From Camelus ferus (Eukaryota): DNA of 64,000 nt. Location: contig NC_045696.1 of assembly GCF_009834535.1 (NCBI RefSeq), positions 64,606,001 through 64,670,000 on the forward strand. Direction: 5' to 3'. This document shows, one piece after another, positions 12,201 through 21,845 of the stretch. The notes beneath the pieces were generated by a model. That model saw only the letters and a program-made list of their open reading frames with translations. It did no database searches and was not told the DNA's origin. The first letter of the stretch is position 1; each line of letters begins with the position of its first letter. Both the position numbers and the translations under genes were made by a program.

Positions 12201-15200
12201 ATAGTCTTACACCAGCAGGGCCTTGAAATCACACGAGGACCCTCTGTGCAGAGCAGCTGTCTTGGTTCCATCTCTAACCACAGTCCTTGTCTTTGTTTCC
12301 TTAACATCTAGTCCAATGGAGTCCTCTCAGTGGGATAAAATGATTAAATAGGAAAAGAAGACGATGTGAAAAATTCTGGAAAAGACTTTTTAAAAAGACA
12401 ACAAATATAAAAATCCATTCATCGTTTTTGTATGGTAAATTGTAGAGTGTCAGTATTATCAGCAATTGGTCATAAACCTCGAAGTCCCTGTTAATAACAC
12501 CCTTTGGTTAATACACCTATGGGAGCCATTACACTATTGTATTCATTTGCTCTTATTTAATTTCAGCTGGCTAAAACTATTCATTAATCTTCTTCTCCGT
12601 TTTTAATAGTGGATTTTTGGCAATAATAATGTGGCCAGTTGCTTCATTTCTGCATTTTACTTTGCCTGGTAGCCATAACCACTAGTGCTTTGGGATTTGA
12701 ATATAAATATAAACCAGAAAGATTTTTACCAAGTTAAGAGGACTGGCAGTGAAAGAAATCTTTGTTATTATTCATCACACAAATGATACACTTCAGTCAA
12801 ACATTATGTTAGAACACATTATGGAGGTTGTTTATTACTGGTAACACATGTAGTGTAGATACCATTTTCCAGCCCTTCAAAAAGGACTTCCAGTTGTGTT
12901 TATCAAGTGAAATGAATAGAGTTCTGAAATAAAGTTTGCAGTGTCACACAAATAGGACAAGCCCTCCAACACAGAATGCATATCATTTGGAGAAGGCTGT
13001 GATGAAATGGAGCATCAGTAGACTTCTAATCTTATTTGTAACTTGCTACTTGACTTGGGAAAAGTTTTCTCCCCATTCTGCACCTCAGCTCACTTTTTAC
13101 TTTTGTGTCATAAATGTTTGAGCTACAAGATACAAGAAGTTTCTTGTAGTTGTGAAGCTACAATGTAAACACTATGAGGTCCACAGACTACTGATATACC
13201 CTAGTACCTAGAAGAGTACCTGGCATATAGAAAGCTTTTTTAATGAATTAATGACAGACTTTGGTTATATTTGTTGGTTTTGAAGGACTACTTATTCATA
13301 TGCCATTTTTACCAGAAAAAAATATTGACCATCCATGTATTTGGAATGTATTTGGAATCCATGTATTTAGGGGAGGGGTGTAGGATGAGGAAATGGCTTT
13401 ATTGAAAATGTCTGCATTCCTTTGAGGCAGTGTTTTTATAGTACATCTTTAGACTAAAACTTGATGTACATTTGGTCTACTCTCATCACCAGAACTTAAA
13501 GATGGTTGATCATCATCATGATCCCAGCCAGATTCAAAAGTTACTTTGCATATCATTTTGCCATGTTATTTCTGATCCCCAAAGTGAAAAGGTGCTAACA
13601 GTTGAAAAGTGTTAGTTCCCAGGAGTCTGTTTTGACTAATATCAACCTGTGTCTACTTGAGACCTAAGATTTAATGAGATTGCCACACCCCATTTTAAGT
13701 GGGCATTATGCCAGTGTAACAGATGGGACTTGAAGTTGTCAGTTGATGGCTTGTGTATAAACCTCTACTATTGTCAAGTGGACAAAGTTCTTAACAAGAA
13801 ATGTCAAAAATGTTTGTCATTTGGCCTCCAGACATCATGCATCATTACTCTGCAAGTTTCTTTAAACTCTTAATTGCCCCTAGGGAAATCACTATTCAAC
13901 CATGTGGGCAGGTGTTTCCTTGACAAGATACACCCAGATGACCTGCATCCTCTTCTGCCATGTCTCATCTTTCAGATTGTTCTTTACTCACCTCCACTGA
14001 GTACCTGCAACCTGAAACATTCTACTGAAACTTTATCACTTGCCATTTTCTTCTTAGGAGACTGTAATTTTATCTTTGCCTAAGGAAGAGAATAAAAATC
14101 TCACATATAGTAGGTAATCAAGTTACGTTTGCCCTTTGAGGGACAGTACCCAATCTCTACAGTGCTGTCATTCTCATATGGCTGTGTCCCATTGACTCAT
14201 CACCTTTTTGTCCTCTGAAATTTTTGTCATTTACTTTATTCTTCTTTCCTCTATAACTGTTTTTTTTCCAGCCTCCTAGACTTTCTGTGAAAGTATGGCC
14301 CTACCATTAGCCTGCCAGAGAGATACCTGCATCTAGGCCGATTATTATTTATTGGTCTTTGTCCAAGAGCAAACACTGAGCATATTTGTTAGCTGTGTTG
14401 TGATCATCTTTCTACCTCTTGCAGGTCACTGTGATCCTGTTTATGCCACTAGCATTGCTGACTGATGCCTCCCACTTGCCAAGTGAACCAGCTCTGTGGC
14501 CATGGAGGAAGCTCTATTTCATCAAACTCTCTCTCTTACTTATCAGGTATTAAATAAAGCCTTCCAAGTTCCACACACTGTTCTAGATGCTAGAGATACA
14601 ACCGTGAACACATGGACATGGTTTTTGTCCTTGTGGAGCTTAATTCTGGTGACAGTTTGGAATGATACCCTCAGTAGAGACTGTCAGCTGTTCCATCTTA
14701 TACTGAGTACTCATTTATAGTCATGAGTTGACCTTAGTATCATCGCCAGAAAGAGTTCTAAATGGTCGTTATTTTTAAAGATAGATGATCAGTTAGAAAA
14801 GATGAATAGTAAGAAAATAATTGGGCAAAAAGAAAAGCTCACAAGTCCCTTTCAGTTTGTATTCAGCACTTCTGGAAGAACATAGTGAACATGTGGGAGA
14901 GTCTCTGTGGACTGGACTGGTAATTGATTTGACACATTAGCAAGGCTCTTTAAATTGTTCATTATAATTTAATGTACTGATGTTAACTGATCCCAATACT
15001 GCATATTGTGTCCGTACATTCTAGTAGAGAATAGGAAATCTAGAGAATCTGAATGTGCACATACAGCCAGTCAACTGCATGTTCATCAGAATTTGGCTGA
15101 AGTGCCAGGTGTTGGTGGTGCTACTCTCATTCAGTTTTGTCATTTAAGTAATATGGCCTTATCATTTCTTGTTCAAACTGGGACAGTTTTTGATGGCGAA

Positions 15201-15619
15201 AGGGGGCACCTGAAACACAAGGGATCTAGTCCCATCTAATTCTTGGCATTTTGAAATAGCAGATTATCAGGCTACTAGTCTATTTTTCCTTTTCCAAGGT
15301 TATCATCAAGCAGGTTCATCATAACCAGGTCAAATGATTTCTTATTAATACTTTCAAGAAGCAATTCTGTCCTTAAATCCTCTCCCATTTGGGTTGGGGG
15401 CGGGTGGGTAGACGCTTTTCTTTTTTAACAAAGGGGGAAGAACTTGAAGGCTTCCAGCCTCTAGTTCCTAAAACCTGCAGGCTGGCTAACTGCCCAGCTT
15501 CTGTGCTTCCACCCTACACGCCATGACCTCTATCTTACACCTCACCACGTATTTAAAAATCAGTTGTTTCCATCACCTTTAATAAGCTTTATGTTTCTGT
15601 AGGGCAAGGATCGTATTTT

Positions 15620-15795
15620 ATTTATACTTTAACTTATCTGTGCCTCTCTGATGGCTCATCTTTAAAATACACGTGATAATAGTACTAAACTCAGAGAGTT
15701 TTATGAAGATAAAGTTAATGAAGACATTTGGAATCCTCATAATAGTGCCTGGCACATAGTAAGCGCTTAGTAGTGTCAGCTCAATTTTATTATCA
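15620..15795 (+). mobile_element. MIR SINE 3' half
   Basis: taacttatctgtgcctc...agtgcctggcacatagtaagcgctt. Confidence 0.8.
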
Positions 15796-15859
15796 TCTCT
15801 ATTTGTTATCACAGTGTCTGTGGTCTGTGTCACATACTCACAACATGCATACTAAATAT

Positions 15860-16330
15860 TATTAATTTGTCAAACATTTATTAGTGTTTCCTATGTTCAG
15901 GGCACCCTTTACGCTACAGAGATGAATTAGGAGCCATTTTTCAAAGGAAGGATTGGGAACAGGAATGAGATATGCACATAATTGTAATACAAAATAGAAA
16001 GTAACAAATGCTGTAAGAGAGGTTACAGCAATATTGCTCTTCCTATTAGAGAGTATTTTCATATTGAAAGGATCAGGGAAGACTGTAGGAGTGAGACAGA
16101 ATTTTCGAATTTTGAGTAATATGTAAGGTTTGGATATGTAGATGATTTGTTAGTGGTGTAAGGAGGTAAAGATACTCCAAAAATGACTGTGTAAGTAAAG
16201 ATATGGACAAGGAGAATCTTGAGGTTTGCTTAGGATAATGGCAAGTGTTGTCTAGGAGTTAAGCTTAGAGAAGACCTGAAAGGTAGTTTGGATCCAGGTA
16301 ACAGAAAGACCTTAAATGTCACACCACAAA
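15860..16330 (-). mobile_element. L2 LINE fragment (diverged)
   Basis: Begins with an antisense L2 tail-like block (caaacatttattagtgtttcctatgttcagggcac); later ggatcagggaagact. Boundaries approximate. Confidence 0.5.
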
Positions 16331-17899
16331 TTTTGCATTAGATCTATTTTCTATTTAATAAAGCACTTGGGTTTTAAAAATTCTGAATGAAATAATGAAA
16401 ATTCACAAACTCAAGAGGTTCTGCCTGTTCCCGTTCACTGTAGACAGTAGGGAGGTAGGTGTATAAGAAACCATCTTAGAGTAGATGGATCCCTCTGCCT
16501 ACAAGGCAGTACCCTTAGGTTCTGAGCCTGGTTCCGCTCCACTGTGTGACTCTTAACCAAGTCAGGTGCCCTCCTTGCCTCTCCATTTGTAAACTAAATA
16601 TTGGATGTAGATAGATAGACTCTAAAGGTGTTTCCAAAGCCTATCAAAATTTAAAGAAATCCTGAGTTTTGTGATCCCCCCCCCCAAAATATTTACTTGG
16701 GCATGCAGTCAGAGAGCCTAAAGGTTAGTAGACCCTAGGGTGTGGCCTCTGGAATCCCATACTCAAGTGTTTTAATTCCCCAGTGCTGAATGGAGGCAAG
16801 CATTGCCCAGCCACAGCTGTTCATCAGCAGGAGTCCTCCACTAATAAATGTCCATGTCTTGTTGAACCATCATGATTAATATTTGTAATCATGGCCCTAA
16901 GGCACTGGAAAAATCCCAGGATGCCTTCTGACTCACCAGAAGAAAATGGTTATAGTTTGCCTCAGGTTTCTTGCTGGGAGTACATTTCATTGTATTTCAA
17001 TGTTTTGAAAATTGGGACTAGAAGGCTACTGTGGAGGGATCTTTGTGTAACCTGGAGTGTGTGATTAATCTTCACATCTCTCTCCTTAGTCATTCGATGT
17101 TAGTTTTTTAGATCTATGTTTATGCCTGAGAAGAAGACTGTTATTCTCAAAGAGAAATTATTCTTTTAGGAGAACTGGGATTATTGAGAAAAAAAGTAGT
17201 AAATACACTTTTTCCCTATTAAACATGTTGCAGATAAATTAAGTATAGTGTGGGCTTTTAAAATATTCTGATATGAATAGTACTTTAAGGGATTTTTGGC
17301 TTTGCAACCTTCTCTAGAACCTTATACAAGAAAAACACTCCTCCTCTGCATCTTTATAAGAATGATGAAGTATACAGCTTTAAAGTGCTTTTTATCATTA
17401 AAGTGCCTCCCCACCTTTGGGGACTCTTGCTTCTTGGTAGATTGTTGCAAAGAAGCTAAAAGAGCACCTCAGAATGTCCTCGGTGGCTTTGTTCGGCGCC
17501 TGTTGGTGGAGCAGTTTTGAAGTGGAGGCCAAAGGGATCTCAGTGAAGCAAGGAAACTCGGTCTGAGTAGCAAAGAAGCGGGAGAATATTAATTTTTGGT
17601 GTCTCCAGGAGTATTCCCACTCCATCCCCCCCCAAAAACAAAAGGAAACAAAGATGCGAATGCGAAGAGAAACAAAGTCAGTGGGGGAAGTGGATAGAAG
17701 AGGAGGAAGCAGATACATGAAAAGTTACTGCAGCAACTAGGAAGAGAACCCCAAACTGTGACCATTAAATAAGATTCGTAAATACCCTCCTCTTTTCTCC
17801 TTTCTGCTTGTAAATAAAACCATACCCAGCTCGGAGACCCCTTCCATAATCCCGCCTAGAAAATCTTACTGGATTGATGCACAGTCCCACTCCAATCCA

Positions 17900-18100
17900 T
17901 TTTCTAGTTTGCAAAGGAAAATCCGGTCCAGCGTTTATTTTTAGCAGCGCTCCCTGTGACCGAATGCTCCAGCTCTTCAGCGGGGATAACTGAGGACCGT
18001 ATTGGGGAGAGAAGCAGAGAAGGGCGGGGGAGCGGGAGGCGGCGAAAAGGAGAGGGGGGAGGCCCTGCGCATGCGCGCCAGCGCCTATGCAAATCTGCTG
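17900..18100 (+). promoter_or_regulatory. FGF12: FGF12 isoform B promoter (GC/CpG-rich, no TATA box seen)
   Basis: Local CpG enrichment; GC box GGGCGG 18022-18027; NRF1-type TGCGCATGCGC 18066-18076; perfect octamer ATGCAAAT 18087-18094, immediately before the recognised 5' UTR. Confidence 0.8.
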
Positions 18101-18190
18101 TACATCCAGAGAGCAAAGTGGGATGATCTGTCACTACACCTGCAGCACCACGTTCGGAGGACAGCTCCTGCTTGCAGCTTCCGGACCCAG
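18091..18190 (+). other. FGF12: FGF12B 5' UTR exon (non-coding first exon; start approximate)
   Basis: Matches my recollection of the human FGF12 variant-2 5' UTR (aaatctgctg...gagcaaagtgggatgatctgtcactacacctgcagcacc...acccag). Ends at the donor CAG|GTAAAA (GT at 18191). The TSS cannot be fixed from sequence. Confidence 0.8.
18141..18168 (+). promoter_or_regulatory. Non-canonical RE1/NRSE (REST site)
   Basis: Left half TGCAGCACC (18141-18149), 9-nt spacer, right half GGACAGCTCC (18159-18168). Confidence 0.6.
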
Positions 18191-18339
18191 GTAAAAAAAC
18201 CAAAAAACTGAGCGGGCACCGTGCATGCATATCAGTACCAGGGCTCAGCCTATCCCTTGTTGAGGCAATCTGCTGCTGCTGCTAAGTGTCCTTTGGTGGC
18301 TGATTGCAGCTTCAAGGTTTAAGAAATCCCATCTTTCAG
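18191..18339 (+). other. FGF12: 149-nt 5' UTR intron of FGF12B
   Basis: GT at 18191 and ...atctttcAG ending at 18339; candidate branch point CTGAT at 18300-18304. Removing it gives the recalled mRNA junction acccag/gaagcctgagggg. Confidence 0.8.
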
Positions 18340-18482
18340 GAAGCCTGAGGGGAAGAAAGGAAGTACGGGCGAAATCACCAGATTGGCTTCCCAGGTTTGG
18401 GAATCTGAAGCGGGCCCACATCTTCCGGCCAACTTCCATTGAACTTCCCAGCACTCGAAAGGGACCGAAATGGAGAGCAAAG
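18340..18482 (+). other. FGF12: FGF12B second exon (5' UTR plus start codon)
   Basis: Acceptor ctttcag|G and donor AAG|GTATGT; sequence ...cactcgaaagggaccgaaATGGAGAGCAAAG. Confidence 0.88.
18470..18482 (+). CDS. FGF12: Fibroblast growth factor 12 isoform B (FHF1B), first coding segment M-E-S-K plus first base of E; remainder outside the window
   Basis: ATG GAG AGC AAA G|gtatgt with good Kozak context (-3 G, +4 G). FGF12B begins MESK-EPQLKGIVTRL, which fits this phase-1 junction. Confidence 0.88.
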
Positions 18483-21096
18483 GTATGTGGCTGTCCCCAT
18501 CGGGGGACTTCCCACTGCATGTGCCTGTGGTCAGGGCAGTCTTCAGCGAGGGGACTGCAGTGCTTGGGGAGCGAGCATCATACTAGGTCGATAGGAGGAG
18601 ATGCTATGTCCGTTGCAGCACTAGGGAAGTGTGGCAGGAAGGCGACTTCTTTTTAACTCCGACAGCTTGGAAGACAGTGCTTAATACTCCATCAGTTGCG
18701 TAGTGAAGTGTGATGAGTTTTTTTTTTTCCTTTTTAGGTAGGGGGGTGGAAAGAGTCTTTAGATGGTGGGGGAGGAGAGATGTGTTGATAAAGCAATTTC
18801 TGTAGAATGGATGGGTTCAAATAAATATATTTCATTTGCTTTCGGATTGCTGACAGGCACGTTTGTATCTGATATCCAATAATGCATTGCTATAGAAAAA
18901 AATGTTTGGATTTCTCCACCCCCACCCCATGAAGATGGTATTTCTGGATGTGTATGACCACATCCTACTGCATTTTGAATATATATCGGCAGAGAAATTG
19001 GGTCTATTTGAAACAGTGTGCGTTAGAACTGACCTCTAAGAAGAGCAGTGTATCGGAGTACTGCTTGGCTCCAAGCATGATGCATATACTAGTTCTGGAT
19101 GTGTATGTATTAATATTTCTCCTCATAAGCAAATCTGTATAATGTACACATACTAACTGGTAAACGAACTGTAAAAATCAACTTCTGCTGTTATATTTAC
19201 CTCATAAACAAAATGACTATTAGAATTGTAAGATTGAGTTTAACTCCATCTATGCAGGTCTCTTCTTCCTCCTCCTCCTCCTTAAAACGCCCACCAGCTT
19301 GCAAGAGTCTTGAGTGATGTGGTCAGACATCCAGTAGAAATATTGGATGTATTTAATTCTGCTGAAAGCAGAAGAAATGATGTCAACTTTTATGAAACTA
19401 TATTCATTACCCAGAACTCGAGAAGCTATATTTGAAATGAGGTTTTATTTTTAAACCAAGAATGTCAGTCATTGTGGTAATGTGCTGAGGATCAGGGAGT
19501 GGTGGTGGGTTACCTATTTCTGGGCTGATTAACAACACTGGAGTGTCAAATGATAGCAGGTGTATGCTCAATGAAGTAGCTTATTAGAAGAGTTAAGTAT
19601 TTGAACCTAGGTAAGCATTTATAATATGAAAATAACTGACTCAACATGGATTCAGACAGGCTGGCAAATTTTAATTTAGACAACTTATTCTGATTATTTG
19701 CTGGTGGGCAGTTTCTTGACTAACAATGATGTACATACAGGAGAGAGCCCATGTCTATAAATATACATGAGGCATCTGTTTATTAACTCTTATTGTAGAA
19801 TCCATTTTAGAAAGAGAAGCCAAATCTTAATTCAGAGAGGTCTGTAATATTTTAGCTGATTAAGTATTTCTGGAATATAAGATTGACAACAGAGTATCGT
19901 TTTACTAAGCTTTTTTTTTTTTTACATAGAGGACACCTGCTATTTGGTTATTAAACTTGATTATTTGGCAAAAGTTCTTGGTAATATTTTTGCCCCAGTT
20001 TATAAACCAATTTCTAGACCATTATAAAAAGAGGATGTATCTCTTAGTAATAAATTTTTATTTCTTTCTTTACCCATAAAATATGCTACATGTCACTCAA
20101 AGTTCCAGGTGGTTATGTCTCTGATAACAGTAGCATTCAGGCTATTCTGCCAGTCTTGGGAGTTAAGAAGAGAGAAAGAATCTCAGAAGTATATCTGGGA
20201 AGAATCAGGCCAGAAGTTCTATAACAATCCAGATAGCAGCAATAGAGGCGTAAATCCCAGCGTTGACCTAAAAGCAACGAAGAATTTTGCCCCAAGCTCA
20301 TGCTGTGGTCATTATGCAGAGGTACCATAATTTCTCCAGGCCAAAGGCATGATGAAAGTCCTTATGCGTGTTAGTTCTTGGACTTCCTTTTCATAACTGA
20401 ATTAGTCAGGTAATGATCATATGAAAAATGGCTAATTATTTACACATTGGCCTCACTTGCTAAGTTGATGTAAATGGCACAGTTAAAAATGGCAACTAAC
20501 TTGAAATTTTTATTATAGGAGAAAAAATTGTGTATTAAAAGGAATGTATCCATATCCCATTTGAATTGGTACATCTGAAATACTTCATGCTGCCATGTAC
20601 AAACTTCTTCCCCCAACAGATTCAAATTTAATTCTAGGAAGGCATTCTCAAATGTAAGCACATGTACTTTTTTTTTTTTTACTGGAAACCTTTTAATACT
20701 CAAAAAGTATTATTACATGATTCAGTTGAGAGTTCAAGAGTTCTCCATCCCAGAAAAATATCTAATGGCCCATTTAATCTTAAATCTTGTTGCCAGCATT
20801 TGACAACCTTTGTGTTTCCTCCAGCATTTGAAAACCTTCCTTAGAGCACTTCTTCCAAGTCTCCAGCAAGTTGAGCTTCAGTTATTCACAAATAAGATCA
20901 ATTTTTTTTTTGCTTCCTGACTTACTGCTTTGCATCACTTCCTGTTATCAGAGTAAAGAGAAAAATAAATCAATTGACCTAGCAGTCAATTCAGTGATGT
21001 AATTTCAGTGATCTTTCTGTACCATGGTAATTAAGATTGCCTCAAAGATTTGGGTTGGTGCACAGTCTGGACAGCTTTGACAGAATTTGTACCTTG

Positions 21097-21845
21097 CAGT
21101 GGTTCACAAACTTTGTTGCATGTTAAAATCATCTGGCATGCTTTTAAAAAACCCTCATGCCTGGTCAAACCCTATACCAGTTACACCAGAATGTTAGGAA
21201 AGGAAAGAGGCATATGTTCAGCCGTGTTTGAGAACCACTCATTTAGACTCTTGATAATAAAAAATGCGGTTTGAAGACTAGCCTTGTAGAATTGCAGGCT
21301 CTTGATCTTGACTCCAGGCTTACTGAATCAGAATCTGATTTTTAACAAGATCCCTAGGTTATTCGTACCCACAGTAAAGTTTGAGAAGCATTGGTTTATA
21401 GGGAGGAAAGAGGTTCTCCTCTCTCTCTCCAGAATGTCTCTATTTTTCCCCTCTCCTGTCTGTACTCCATCCTTTCTTTGTCTAGCCAGGTTCTCAGTCT
21501 CAGGCCGGCCTGTTAGAAACACCTGTGGAACTTTTAAAGCGTCAAGAAGCTTAGGCCACACCTCTATTAGATATTCTGGTTTAACTGGCTCTGGAGTGGG
21601 ACCTGGGCGTAGGTATTTTTAGAAAGCTACTTAGGTGATGGAGATGGATAGCCAGTGTTAACCACTGATCTAAGGTAAGACCTTGCTACTCAAGGCGTAA
21701 TCCATAGACAAGCAGCATTAGCATCATCTGGAAACTTGTTAGAAATGCAGAATCTCAGGCCTTGCTCTAGACGTACTGAACCAAATCTTCATTTCAGCAA
21801 AACCCGCTTGTCATTTGTATGCACAGTACAGTTTAAGAAGCACTG
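21097..21845. mobile_element. Cluster of about four MER5-family (hAT-Charlie) MITEs
   Basis: Approximate copies: 21097-21240 (TIRs cagtggttcacaaac / gtttgagaaccact), 21290-21393, 21484-21667 and 21681-21845 (cttgttagaaatgcagaatctcaggcc). Confidence 0.8.

Larger units (their letters stand above)
18123..18442 (+). other. Spliced upstream ORF, 56 aa (join 18123-18190, 18340-18442)
   Basis: ATG at 18123 (-3 G); 68+103=171 nt; reads MICHYTCSTTFGGQLLLAASGPRKPEGKKGSTGEITRLASQVWESEAGPHLPANFH*. The open frame is seen directly; translation is not demonstrated. Confidence 0.5.

Noticed and set aside
18002..18211. 69-aa ORF over the promoter and exon 1
   Set aside because: Non-ATG start upstream of the likely TSS, runs into the intron, and is in a different frame from the uORF and FGF12B; expected in GC-rich DNA.
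18245..18520. 91-aa antisense ORF across exon 2
   Set aside because: No recognisable homology and no evidence of an antisense transcript from sequence alone.
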